Source: Tubiluchus corallicola | Taxonomy: Eukaryota; Animalia; Priapulida | DNA length: 64,000 bases | NCBI GenBank assembly: GCA_030141605.1 | Contig: JAQGDQ010002393.1 | Span: forward strand, 64,246 to 128,245 | Direction of reading: 5' to 3' | Shown: piece by piece, positions 10,059 through 20,806 of the stretch | How the letters are laid out: each line of letters opens with the position of its first letter | How positions within the stretch are numbered: the first letter of the stretch is position 1 | Translations under genes and position numbers: made by a program | The notes under the pieces: model-generated | The model's input: only the letters and a program-made list of their open reading frames with translations | Told to the model about the DNA's origin: nothing | The model's database searches: none

Positions 10059-12482
10059 ATGAGGCAACTAAAAATATTTATTCTATTACTACCATATGCT
10101 ATAAGCAGTAGTATATATATATATGCAAAGACTCCTTCAAAAGAATATACATCTTATACTTTTAATGATACCACGTTAATTATAAAAGCAGAGAAGGGAG
10201 AGTACACAATAGAGGCACTTACAAATAATATTATTAGAGTTTCTTATTCTAATGATATATTTAATTCTGATGAACGACACAGTGTTGTATTAGCAGAAAA
10301 ACAAAAAGTTCAACTACAAGAGAAAAAAAATCTTTTGCAGGTTTCTATAAAAGAGTTAAATGTAGAGATACAAAAAAACCCTATTTCAATATCTATTTTT
10401 AAGAATGAAGAAATATTGTTTCAAGAAGAGCAAGGTTTGTTTTTTAGAAAAGATACAACAGGTTTTCGTTTTCTGCTCAACCCCAATGAGCAAATATATG
10501 GAGGAGGAGCAAGGGCAGTAGGTTCAAACCTGAAAAACCGTCATCTGAATTTATATGGTAAGCCCAATTATGGTTATGGAATAGATGCAGAAAACTTAAA
10601 CTATTCTATTCCTTTGCTTTTATCTTCTCGAAAATATATGGTACTTGTAGATAACCCTGCAAAAGCCTATTTTAACATAGGGAAAAAAGAAAGCAACATA
10701 TTAGAGTTTGGCACTACTGAAATATCAAATCTCACCTACTACATTATATTAGGAGAAAATTATTACGATATATTAGAAGCATACACACAACTAACAGGCC
10801 GTCAGCCCCTCCCTCCACGATGGGCATTAGGCAACCTACAATCAAGGTTTGGTTACCAAACACAACAAGAGGTAGATAGCATTGTTACCCTAATGCAAGC
10901 AGAAGGTTTTCCTTTGGACGCTATTATCTTAGACCTGTATTGGTTTAGTGAAGAGATGCAAAATGGTTATATGGGCAATTTAGATTGGGATAGAAAAAAT
11001 TGGAATGACCCTGAAAAAATGATTGAAAACTTTAAGAACAAAGGAGTAAAAACCATATTAGTAACCGAACCCTTTTTTACTCAAAAATCTAAGAACTTTG
11101 ACTATCTATCTTCAAATCATTTATTAGCAAAATACCAAAATGGAGAAACCTATGTGATGGATTATTTTTATTTTGGCTCTGCAGGCTTAATCGATATATT
11201 CCAAGCTGATGCAAGAGATTGGTTTGGCGAGCAATACAACAAGCAGATACAGAAAGGAGTGGCTGGTTGGTGGGGAGACCTTGGTGAACCAGAAGTGCAT
11301 CCAGAAGATATGTTGCACATAAATGGAACAGCCAACCAACTACACGGTGTATACGGTCATATGTGGTCAAAAATGTTATACGACAACTATACTAACAGTT
11401 ATCCCAATGTGCGACTGTTTAATCTTCAAAGGGCAGGATTTGCAGGCACTCAAAAGTATTCTGTTTTTCCTTGGTCAGGAGATGTAGGGAGAACTTGGGA
11501 AGGTTTAGAAGCCCAAATTCCTGTGATGTTGCATTCTAGTATATCAGGAATGGCTTATATGCATTCGGATGCAGGAGGTTTTGCAGGAGGTCAAAAAGAT
11601 TCAATACTATACACACGCTGGATGCAATTTGCCATTTTTACTCCTATATTTAGACCTCATAGTGATCCTAATGCCCCCCCTGAGCCTGTTTTCTACGACA
11701 AAGAAACAAAACAAATAATAAAAAGTTTTATAGAGTTACGTTATCGGCTAATGCCCTATAACTATACATTGGCTTGGGAAAACACAACCAAAGGGAAACC
11801 TCTTGCAATACCTCTGTTTTTTGAACATCCTGATGACAAGAATGTTTCAAATGTTTATGATACCTACTATTGGGGTGAAAACTTTCTCGTATCTCCAGTT
11901 TTGAAAAACCAACAAGAGGCAAAAAAGATATATTTGCCAGAGGGGCAGTGGTATGATTTTTGGACAGATAAGACATATAAAGGGCAACAATATATAGACA
12001 AAAAATTAGAGTTAGCAACTATTCCTATATTTATAAAAGCGGGGAGCATTATTCCTATGGTAGATAATTATACTACAACAGACAATTATACTACAGAAAA
12101 ACTTGCTGTTCACTACTATCCTAGTACAGAAAAAACAATTTATACAATGTATAATGATGACGGGGAAACCAAAGGTGCAGTAGAAAAAGGACTTTACGAA
12201 TTATTAAATTTTACAGCTCAAGAAACAAAAAAAGACATAATCATAGAAGTAAATAGAAAAGAAGAAAAAGAATATAAAGGAAAACCCAAAGAACGTACTA
12301 TAAAGTTAGAACTTCACAACATAAGGAAAACTCCAAATGAAATACGGATAGATAAAGTAGAAGTAATAACAAAAGAAGACATTGCAAATAAAAAGAAGCA
12401 GGTACAATGGCTTAAAGATGAAAAAAAGCTAATTGTTTCATTTGTCCACACAACAGATTCAAAAATAATAATTCAAAAATAA
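10059..12482 (+). CDS. GH31 alpha-glucosidase/transglucosylase
   Basis: TGRQPLPPRWALG, DAIILDLYW, nucleophile motif WWGDLGEPE, WSGD, SDAGGF. Confidence 0.92.
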   Translation: MRQLKIFILLLPYAISSSIYIYAKTPSKEYTSYTFNDTTLIIKAEKGEYTIEALTNNIIRVSYSNDIFNSDERHSVVLAEKQKVQLQEKKNLLQVSIKELNVEIQKNPISISIFKNEEILFQEEQGLFFRKDTTGFRFLLNPNEQIYGGGARAVGSNLKNRHLNLYGKPNYGYGIDAENLNYSIPLLLSSRKYMVLVDNPAKAYFNIGKKESNILEFGTTEISNLTYYIILGENYYDILEAYTQLTGRQPLPPRWALGNLQSRFGYQTQQEVDSIVTLMQAEGFPLDAIILDLYWFSEEMQNGYMGNLDWDRKNWNDPEKMIENFKNKGVKTILVTEPFFTQKSKNFDYLSSNHLLAKYQNGETYVMDYFYFGSAGLIDIFQADARDWFGEQYNKQIQKGVAGWWGDLGEPEVHPEDMLHINGTANQLHGVYGHMWSKMLYDNYTNSYPNVRLFNLQRAGFAGTQKYSVFPWSGDVGRTWEGLEAQIPVMLHSSISGMAYMHSDAGGFAGGQKDSILYTRWMQFAIFTPIFRPHSDPNAPPEPVFYDKETKQIIKSFIELRYRLMPYNYTLAWENTTKGKPLAIPLFFEHPDDKNVSNVYDTYYWGENFLVSPVLKNQQEAKKIYLPEGQWYDFWTDKTYKGQQYIDKKLELATIPIFIKAGSIIPMVDNYTTTDNYTTEKLAVHYYPSTEKTIYTMYNDDGETKGAVEKGLYELLNFTAQETKKDIIIEVNRKEEKEYKGKPKERTIKLELHNIRKTPNEIRIDKVEVITKEDIANKKKQVQWLKDEKKLIVSFVHTTDSKIIIQK

Positions 12483-12512
12483 TATTTACTAATTTATTTA
12501 TAAAAACAATCA

Positions 12513-13877
12513 ATGATGAAGAAATTTAATCAATTATTTTTCAGTATTCTTTTTTCTATTAGTTTGGTTCTTGTCTCTTGCGACTGCAAGCAGCCAAAAA
12601 CCGAAGAGGACCCTTTGGCGTGGTACAATGATGCAGTCATATACGAGGTAAACCTAAGGCAATATACCCCAGAGGGAACATTAAAGGCTTTTCAAGAGCA
12701 CCTGCCCCGACTTAAAAAACTTGGGGTTGAGATACTTTGGTTTATGCCCATACAACCTATAAGCGAAGAAAATAGAAAAGGTACACTTGGAAGTTATTAT
12801 GCTGTTAAAGATTATAAAGCAGTAAATTCTGAATTCGGCACTTTGGAAGATTTTAAAGAATTAGTGAACATAGCTCATAAAAATGGTATGAAGGTAATAC
12901 TCGATTGGGTTGCCAATCACTCGGGCTGGGACAACATATGGGTAACTTCCCACCCTGATTTTTATACCAAAGATAGCGAAGGTAATAGCCCTATTGTGCC
13001 TTTTGATACTGACTGGGACGATACTGCAGAATTGAACTATGAAAATGAGAAGATGCAAGAAGCAATGATAGATGCTTTAAAATTCTGGGTTGCGGAGGTA
13101 GATATAGATGGTTACCGTTGCGATGTAGCAGGTAGAGTGCCTACTCCCTTTTGGGACAAAGCATTCAAAGAGTTAAAAAAGATTAAACCTTCTTTGTTTC
13201 TCCTTGCAGAGGATGAGGCTAAGGACAACGGACTTGATACTGTATTTGATGCAAGCTATGGTTGGCACTTTCACCATATTACAAAAGAAGTACACAACGA
13301 TGAAAAAGATATAAAAGAGATTAATGATTATATAACAGAACTATTAAAAACAAATCCTGCCAATCACAGTAAAATGATGTTTACCACCAACCACGATGAA
13401 AATTCGTGGAGTGGAACAGTTTTTGACCGATATGGCGATGCACACAAAGCCTATGCAGTACTGATGTTTACTATCAACGGATTGCCGCTTATATATTCTG
13501 GACAAGAAGTAGGGTTAAACAAAAAATTAGAGTTCTTTGAAAAAGATGAAATTGATTGGGAAGATGAAAACAACCTACACGATTTTTACACTCAACTTAC
13601 ATCTTTGAAAAAAGAAAATAAAGCCTTGTGGAACGCCAACTATGGAGGAGGATATGAGCAGCTAAATATTACGACAAAAGCCCCCAAAGTATTAGCCTTC
13701 AAAAGAGAAAAAGAAGACAATGAAGTAATAGTAATAATAAACCTTGGAAAAGAAAAAGCAAAAGTAAATCTTGATGGAATAGAGGGTAACTATACAGAAT
13801 ATTTCACCAAACAACAACAAAATGTAAGTCAACCCATACAATTAGAAGAATATGATTATGTAGTTTTAACAAAATAA
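12513..13877 (+). CDS. GH13 alpha-amylase family lipoprotein
   Basis: Lipobox LVSC; IYEVNLRQYT, DWVANH; catalytic DGYRCD, LAE, NHDEN. Confidence 0.9.
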   Translation: MMKKFNQLFFSILFSISLVLVSCDCKQPKTEEDPLAWYNDAVIYEVNLRQYTPEGTLKAFQEHLPRLKKLGVEILWFMPIQPISEENRKGTLGSYYAVKDYKAVNSEFGTLEDFKELVNIAHKNGMKVILDWVANHSGWDNIWVTSHPDFYTKDSEGNSPIVPFDTDWDDTAELNYENEKMQEAMIDALKFWVAEVDIDGYRCDVAGRVPTPFWDKAFKELKKIKPSLFLLAEDEAKDNGLDTVFDASYGWHFHHITKEVHNDEKDIKEINDYITELLKTNPANHSKMMFTTNHDENSWSGTVFDRYGDAHKAYAVLMFTINGLPLIYSGQEVGLNKKLEFFEKDEIDWEDENNLHDFYTQLTSLKKENKALWNANYGGGYEQLNITTKAPKVLAFKREKEDNEVIVIINLGKEKAKVNLDGIEGNYTEYFTKQQQNVSQPIQLEEYDYVVLTK

Positions 13878-14056
13878 AAAAACAACTATATCATTGGCAA
13901 CACATTAGCAATTGGCAGCAAGCAAGGAATTATATCTATAAAAGTGGGTGCTTTTGCGATAATAAAATTCGGAAATAAACAATACTGTCTGTGCTGTTCT
14001 TACCCAATTGTCAATTATTATTTTGTTTTTCTAAGTTCAATATTTAATAAATAACA

Positions 14057-15565
14057 ATGAGAAAGAAACCTCAATTATCGTTTTGGCAAATTTGGAATAT
14101 GAGTTTTGGATTTCTTGGAATCCAATTTGGCTTTGCCTTGCAAAATGCTAACGTAAGCAGAATATTTGAAACACTTGGAGCTAATGTAGAAGATATTCCC
14201 ATACTATGGATAGCTGCACCTGTTACAGGGCTTTTGATTCAGCCTATTATTGGTTATCTAAGTGATAAAACTTGGAATAGGCTTGGCCGAAGAAGACCTT
14301 TTTTTCTTGTAGGGGCAATATTAGCAACTATCTCTCTTTTTGTGATGCCTAATTCTCCTGTGCTGTGGGTAGCAGCAGGAATGTTGTGGATAATGGATGC
14401 GTCTATTAATATATCTATGGAGCCATTTAGAGCCTTTGTGGGCGATATGTTATCTGAAAAACAAAGAACCTTAGGGTTTGCAATGCAAAGTTTTTTCATT
14501 GGCATTGGGGCAGTAGTAGCATCAGCGTTGCCTTATATTTTTACCAATTGGCTAGGTATATCTAATATAGCAACAGGAGACACTCTTATACCCCCATCCG
14601 TTAAATTTTCATTTTACATAGGGGGAGCTGTGTTTTTATTAGCAGTTTTATGGACAATTATCTCCACCAAAGAATACTCTCCCGAAGAGTTAGAAGAATT
14701 TGAGAAAGCTGAAAATAATAATGATAACAAAGCAAGAAATACAGCAATTAGTCAAAACAAAATAGCCCACACCAGTTTTTTTAAGAGAGGAGGTATCTGG
14801 TTTTCTATAGGTGTATTGCTCAATTTTATTGTATATTATCTGTCATTAGAGAAAGAACTATATGTACTAAGTGGAGGTGTTACCTTTTTTGGTGCAATAC
14901 TTCTAATTTGCGGTTTAATGACTAAAAAGGGAAAGAGCGACAATGGTTTGTTAGAGATAATAACAGACTTGTTACAAATGCCCAAAACAATGATTCAATT
15001 GTCTGTTGTTCAGTTTTTTTCTTGGCTAGCCCTATTCTCAATGTGGATTTATACAACCAACGCCGTTACTACCCATATTTACCATGCTTCTGACACATCG
15101 TCAGCCTTGTATAATGATGGTGCTGACTGGGTAGGAGTTTTATTTGGAATATACAATGGGTTTGCCGCAGTGGTAGCTTTCTTACTTCCTCAGCTTGCAA
15201 AACTTACTAATAAAAGAGTAACCCATTCTATTGCTCTCGTTTGTGGAGGTGTAGGCTTAGCATCCATTTATTTTATACAGTCGCCTCAAATTTTAATAAT
15301 ATCTATGCTGGGAATAGGCGTTGCTTGGGCAAGTATTCTTTCTATGCCATATTCTATACTTTCGAATGTATTGCCATCTAATAAGATGGGAATCTATATG
15401 GGAATCTTTAACTTTTTTATTGTAATACCACAAATATTGGCTGCTACAATTTTAGGATTTATCACCAAGAATTTGTTTGGTGGGCAAGCTGTATTTACTC
15501 TTATGTTAGGTGGTGGAACTATGTTAATAGCATCAATTGTTGTTTTGTTTGTTGATGAAAAATAA
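14057..15565 (+). CDS. MFS maltose/maltodextrin transporter (SLC45/MalT-like)
   Basis: WNMSFGFLGIQFGFALQ, SDKTWNRLGRRRPF, MGIFNFFIVIPQI; many TM helices; adjacent to pgmB and GH65. Confidence 0.9.
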   Translation: MRKKPQLSFWQIWNMSFGFLGIQFGFALQNANVSRIFETLGANVEDIPILWIAAPVTGLLIQPIIGYLSDKTWNRLGRRRPFFLVGAILATISLFVMPNSPVLWVAAGMLWIMDASINISMEPFRAFVGDMLSEKQRTLGFAMQSFFIGIGAVVASALPYIFTNWLGISNIATGDTLIPPSVKFSFYIGGAVFLLAVLWTIISTKEYSPEELEEFEKAENNNDNKARNTAISQNKIAHTSFFKRGGIWFSIGVLLNFIVYYLSLEKELYVLSGGVTFFGAILLICGLMTKKGKSDNGLLEIITDLLQMPKTMIQLSVVQFFSWLALFSMWIYTTNAVTTHIYHASDTSSALYNDGADWVGVLFGIYNGFAAVVAFLLPQLAKLTNKRVTHSIALVCGGVGLASIYFIQSPQILIISMLGIGVAWASILSMPYSILSNVLPSNKMGIYMGIFNFFIVIPQILAATILGFITKNLFGGQAVFTLMLGGGTMLIASIVVLFVDEK

Positions 15566-15628
15566 ATTCTTTTAAATTTATCTATTTTCGCATCAAATTT
15601 AGTTATGGATATTTAACAGATATTATAA

Positions 15629-16288
15629 ATGAAAAAAATAGAATGTTGTATTTTTGATTTGGATGGAGTTATTATAGACACGGCAAAATTCCATTTCTTA
15701 TCTTGGAAAAAATTAACCAAACAACTTAACATCGATTTTACAGAAAAGGACAATGAAAGGCTAAAAGGTGTTTCAAGGACGAGGTCATTAGAAATTATAT
15801 TAGAAATAGGAAATAAAAGCCTTGATGAAAAAACAAAAGCAAATCTGGCAGAAAAGAAAAACAAATGGTATCTAGAATATATTACTCAACTAACCCCTAG
15901 AGATGTTCTTCCTAGGGTCAAAGAATTTATGACGGAACTAAAAGAGAATGATGTGAAAATTGCTCTTGGCTCTGCCAGTAAAAACGCTAAGTTGGTATTA
16001 GAGAAAATAAAGTTGAGTGATTATTTTGACGCTATCGTAGATGGCAACCGTGTTAAAAACCCAAAACCCAATCCAGAAGTTTTTACAAAAGGGGCAGATG
16101 AGCTCACTATTCCTTATGAAAACTGCATAGTATTTGAGGATGCACAAGCAGGCATTAAAGCAGCTCTTAATGCAGGAATGAAAGTAGTAGGAGTAGGGAA
16201 GGAGGAAAGTTTAGAACAAGCTGATTATATTATAGATGGGTTTAAAAATATATGTTTTAAAACTTTACAAACTGTATTTGTGAAATAA
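15629..16288 (+). CDS. pgmB: Beta-phosphoglucomutase (HAD)
   Basis: FDLDGVIIDTA, GVSR, SASKN, KPNPEVF, FEDA; next to GH65. Confidence 0.93.
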   Translation: MKKIECCIFDLDGVIIDTAKFHFLSWKKLTKQLNIDFTEKDNERLKGVSRTRSLEIILEIGNKSLDEKTKANLAEKKNKWYLEYITQLTPRDVLPRVKEFMTELKENDVKIALGSASKNAKLVLEKIKLSDYFDAIVDGNRVKNPKPNPEVFTKGADELTIPYENCIVFEDAQAGIKAALNAGMKVVGVGKEESLEQADYIIDGFKNICFKTLQTVFVK

Positions 16289-16301
16289 AGAAGTTTGCAC
16301 A

Positions 16302-18611
16302 ATGAATAATAAGTATCTACAAATAAGCGAATGGAAGATAATAGAAAAAGATTTTAATCCCAAAAACAATAGAGCGTCAGAAAGCCTATTTAGTATAGGC
16401 AATGGCAAAATGGGACAGAGAGCCAATTTTGAGGAGTATTATAGTGGAGATACGCTACAAGGGAATTACATTGCAGGGATATACTACCCGGATAAAACCC
16501 GAGTAGGATGGTGGAAAAATGGCTATCCCGAATATTTTGCTAAGGTTTTGAACTCTTTCAACTGGATAGGAATAGATGTGAAAATAGAGGGAGAACTGTT
16601 AGACCTTGCAAAATGCAAGGTATCTGATTTTTGCAGGGTGTTAGATATGAAGGAAGGATATTTGCAGCGTAGTTTTACAATTGAGACAAACACAGGCAAA
16701 AAACTTAAAATCGAAGCTCAAAGGTTTCTAAGTATGAAAGATGATGAAATAGGGGCTGTAAAATATACTATAATACCCCTGAATTTCACAGCCAAAGCAG
16801 AAGTAACTCTCTACTTAGATATAGATGTAATGAATGAAGATTCTAATTATGGCGAAAAATTTTGGGAAGAAATAAATAAAAACAACAACGATAGAGAAGC
16901 ATTTATTACTGCGAGAACGAAAAAAACAGAGTTTTACGCTACTGCTGCTATGGGTTTTGAAATAACTCAAAATAGTAGTCCAATACAAAAACAAACCCAA
17001 AAAACAGAAAGAGAAAAATATATTGCCCAAACAGTTGAAATAGATTTAAAAATAGAGGAAGAAACTACTGTTTATAAATACGTATCTATAATATCATCAT
17101 TATACTATTCGCAAACCGAACTATCTGCCAAAGCCATTGAAAATGTAAAAAAAGCACAAGAAAAATCGTATAATGCTCTTTTGCAAGAGCATACTCAAAT
17201 ATGGGCAGAAATATGGCAAAAAAGTGATATAACTATTGAAGGAGATACCTCGGCACAACAGGCTATAAGATTCAATATATTCCAACTCAATCAAACCTAT
17301 ACAGGTAAGGACCCACGACTTAATATAGGTCCTAAGGGTTTTACTGGTGAGAAGTATGGCGGCAGTACCTACTGGGATACTGAGGCATATTGTTTGCCGT
17401 TTTACCTTAACACTGCGGATATTTCAGTTGCTAGAAACTTATTGCTTTATCGCTACAAGCATCTTGAAAAAGCCATTGAAAATGGAAAGAAATTAGGGTT
17501 TTACAATGGAGCTGCTTTATATCCAATGGTTACAATGAACGGAGAGGAGTGCCATAATGAATGGGAGATAACTTTTGAAGAAATACATCGCAATGGTGCT
17601 ATTGCTTATGCTATATACAATTATGTAAATCATACAGGCGATAAGGATTATCTTACAGATTATGGATTGGAGGTTCTTATAGCCATTTCAAGGTTTTGGA
17701 AACAACGGATAACTTTCTCGCAAGCAAAGAATAAATATGTAATGCTTGGAGTAACAGGTCCCAATGAGTATGAGAATAACGTAGATAATAATTGGTATAC
17801 CAATACTATCGCTATATGGACAATGCAGTACACTCTGCAAGTGGTAAAGCAAGTAAAAGAAAAAGCCTTAGAAAAATACAAGCACTTAGAACAGAAACTA
17901 AATTTTAAGGAACAAGAAGAAACCACACATTGGCAAGACATTATAGACAATATGTACTACCCGTATGACGAGAAAAATAAAATATTTCTTCAACAGGACG
18001 GTTTCGAAAACAAAGAACAAATAACAATAAAAGATTTAGACCCTAAGCAGTGTCCCATCAATCAACATTGGTCTTGGGACAGAATCTTGCGTTCTCCCTT
18101 TATAAAACAAGCAGATGTTCTACAAGGTATTTACTTTTTTGAGGATAGGTTTGATATTGAGACTATTGAACGTCATTTTGATTTTTATGAGCCTTTTACC
18201 GTTCACGAATCTTCCTTATCTCCTTGCATACACTCGATATTAGCCTCTAAGATAGGCAATATAGATAAAGCCTATGAGCTTTATCTACGAACGGCAAGGT
18301 TGGATTTAGACGATTATAACAACGAAGTAGCAGAAGGATGTCATACTACAAGTATGGCAGGAACGTGGCTTTCCATTGTTGAAGGTTTTGCTGGTTTAAG
18401 AGTTAGAAACAATATCTTAAAACTAAATCCTCAAATACCCAAGCAATGGAAAAGCTATTCTTTTAATATTATTTTTAGAAATGTTAATTTCACAATAAAA
18501 GTGGAGCAAGGAAAGGTGCAAGTATTAAAAGATACAAACGAAGCTGTAACTATAATGATTTTTGAGAAAGAATTTATAGTAGAAAAGAAATTGGAGATAG
18601 ATTGCGAATAA
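16302..18611 (+). CDS. GH65 maltose phosphorylase
   Basis: GPKGFTGEKYGG, YWDTE, GPNEY, KQAD, HESSLS. Confidence 0.93.
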   Translation: MNNKYLQISEWKIIEKDFNPKNNRASESLFSIGNGKMGQRANFEEYYSGDTLQGNYIAGIYYPDKTRVGWWKNGYPEYFAKVLNSFNWIGIDVKIEGELLDLAKCKVSDFCRVLDMKEGYLQRSFTIETNTGKKLKIEAQRFLSMKDDEIGAVKYTIIPLNFTAKAEVTLYLDIDVMNEDSNYGEKFWEEINKNNNDREAFITARTKKTEFYATAAMGFEITQNSSPIQKQTQKTEREKYIAQTVEIDLKIEEETTVYKYVSIISSLYYSQTELSAKAIENVKKAQEKSYNALLQEHTQIWAEIWQKSDITIEGDTSAQQAIRFNIFQLNQTYTGKDPRLNIGPKGFTGEKYGGSTYWDTEAYCLPFYLNTADISVARNLLLYRYKHLEKAIENGKKLGFYNGAALYPMVTMNGEECHNEWEITFEEIHRNGAIAYAIYNYVNHTGDKDYLTDYGLEVLIAISRFWKQRITFSQAKNKYVMLGVTGPNEYENNVDNNWYTNTIAIWTMQYTLQVVKQVKEKALEKYKHLEQKLNFKEQEETTHWQDIIDNMYYPYDEKNKIFLQQDGFENKEQITIKDLDPKQCPINQHWSWDRILRSPFIKQADVLQGIYFFEDRFDIETIERHFDFYEPFTVHESSLSPCIHSILASKIGNIDKAYELYLRTARLDLDDYNNEVAEGCHTTSMAGTWLSIVEGFAGLRVRNNILKLNPQIPKQWKSYSFNIIFRNVNFTIKVEQGKVQVLKDTNEAVTIMIFEKEFIVEKKLEIDCE

Positions 18612-18854
18612 GTTGCAGTTTCAGCAATGTTAGGTTTTGTCATAAAAAAACAAAAAAGGATACTCATCTTTTGCTAAATTTCACTATGCTAACACCTCCT
18701 TAAAGAGCGGTGCAGTAGAAGGCCATAATGTAAAGGTTTTAGCCCTAGCAAGTTCAAGGCTAAATCCATAAAGTATTAGTTTTCTCTGCCCTGAAAAACA
18801 GAGTTAATCAAAACTTGTTACGAGGGAGTAATTACCAAAATTTTTCTTTTATTA

Positions 18855-18910
18855 TTTGTTAAATAGAAAAGCATGCTCTATATTTGTAGAACGAAAACTA
18901 AAAAAATAGA
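18855..18910 (+). promoter_or_regulatory. Bacteroidota -33/-7 promoter overlapped by candidate BlaI operators
   Basis: TTTG (18855-58), a 20 bp spacer, then TATATTTG (18879-86). Dyad TCTATATTTGTAGA at 18877-90 and weaker ACTAAAAAAATAGA at 18897-910, directly upstream of the BlaI-like gene. Confidence 0.65.
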
Positions 18911-18913
18911 GAT

Positions 18914-19285
18914 GTGATTCTAACAAATGCAGAAGAAAAGGTAATGAAATATTTATGGAAACTTGAAAAAGCATTCTTTAAGGATTTAATCAAGCAGTTT
19001 CCAGAACCAAGACCTGCAACAACAACCTTAAACACATTGCTAAAACGATTGATTGACAAGGGGGCTGTAGACTACAAACTATATGGAAATAGCCGTGAAT
19101 ATTTTCCATTGATAGAGAAGAGTAAATATTTTTCAACACATATAAACGGATTGATAAAAAACTTCTTTAATAATTCTACTTCTCAATTTGCTTCTTTTTT
19201 TGCAAAGGAGACAAACTTTACAGAGCAAGAACTAAAAGAATTGAGAGAGATAGTTGATAATGAATTAAAAATTAAAAACAAATGA
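18914..19285 (+). CDS. BlaI/MecI/CopY family repressor
   Basis: LTNAEEKVMKYLW, TTLNTLLKRL.DKG wHTH, FFNNS; overlaps the M56 gene (ATGA). Confidence 0.93.
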   Translation: MILTNAEEKVMKYLWKLEKAFFKDLIKQFPEPRPATTTLNTLLKRLIDKGAVDYKLYGNSREYFPLIEKSKYFSTHINGLIKNFFNNSTSQFASFFAKETNFTEQELKELREIVDNELKIKNK

Positions 19286-20659
19286 TGGATTACATTTTTA
19301 AATCTAGCATTTTGCTGTTGGTAACTTACTTACTTTATGTGTTGTTTTTAAGAAAAGAACGCAATGTATTCTTTAATCGCTACTTTCTGCTTTTTTCAAT
19401 TCTTTTTTCGCTAAGTTTTCCCTTGTTGAACATTAACCTTAATTTGTTTGAAAAGCATTCAATTAATGTGCAGGAAACTTTGCATCTTCCTACAATTGAT
19501 TTTGCAGTTAAAGATTATAGCAAAAAAACTGTGCAGACAGTAAATGCTTTTGAACAAAAACAACAATTTAATATATTACTATTTCTTAAAAGAGCATACA
19601 TCTTGATTGTTTTCATCTTAATTATTCGCTTTGTTTTCAGGCTTTTTTTGTTGATTAGAAGGATATATAATAGTGAGAAGAGTAAGATTTACGGGTATAA
19701 TTTGGTAAAGTTGGATAAACATATCAGTATCCATAGTTTTTTCAATTCTATTTTTGTTGGTCGCAATGAGTTTAATAGCAGAAAGATAGATGATGATTTA
19801 ATTGCTCACGAAACTGTTCATTTAAAACAATTTCACACTCTTGATATTTTGTTTATAGAATTGGTTCATATTTTTTACTGGTTCAATCCTATTATTGTTC
19901 TTTTTAAACTCGCAATTAGAGCAAATCACGAATATTTAGCTGATAAGGGGGTTAATGTTCAGCCAGAAAGAATTGGGTTATATGCCGAAAAAATAATCAA
20001 CTATACATTCAAGAAAACAACCTAAGTTTTTGCAGTAAGTTTAATTATTCCATAACTAAAAACGATTAATTATGTTAAAAGATAATACTACCCCAAAATT
20101 AGGAGTGAAGAAACTATTAGCCGTATTTTTCATTCTATTAGCAACAATATTTATACTTCCTTCTTTTTCTTCTTCTAAAAACATTGTAGATAGCAATATT
20201 ACAAGAGAAGAAGCAGCAAAAAAGATACAAGAGATTAGGAAAAATTCTGATATGCATTGGGGAGCTATAGAAGTATTTCAAAAAATGACAGCCAAGGCTC
20301 AATACAACATTAGCACATTCGTGCTATTGGCTGACTTAGCAGGTAGTTTTGGGTATCATACAGGAGCCCTTTTTGATATTGGAGTGATAGCTTATAAATG
20401 TAATTTTGAATGCAGTGATTTGTTAAATGATATCGCACCATTAACAGTTCTGAACTTAAAAGAAACAAGTAAATATGTAGATTTAGCCAAAGAGGCAACC
20501 AAAGCCAATACGGCAAGTGAAAAAGCCAAAGTGAAACAAAAAGTTGAGAAATTTCAAAAAGAATCTCAATTTAAAACCATTGAAGAGGCATTAAAGAATC
20601 AGGAAGAAGAAGGTAGGGAGTTCAATGAACTTCTTAAAGAACTTGGACTGGAAGAGTAA
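19282..20659 (+). pseudogene. BlaR1-like M56 metallopeptidase/sensor split by two -1 frameshifts (ORFs 19282-20025 and 20072-20659)
   Basis: HETVH and NHEYLAD zinc motifs. Adding one A in the run at 20014-17 and one at 20058-62 restores FKKNNLSFCSKFNYSITKKRLIMLKD, the M56 FN.S..KKR..M motif, in a 459 aa ORF. Confidence 0.8.
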
Positions 20660-20806
20660 ATATCCCTCTAAAATAAGAAACTCCACAAACCCTAAATCAT
20701 TTTTATTTTTTATCCAATTCAAAAGGAAAAGCACTATTGCTGCTCCCATAAACGAATACGAATCAAAAAAACGATAAAAAAACCTTTCCATATTAATTTT
20801 TAATGT

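Noticed and set aside
13878-14056. Startless open frame and short CATT(G/A)GCAA repeats between GH13 and MFS
   Set aside because: No recognisable protein similarity; the repeats are too short and degenerate.
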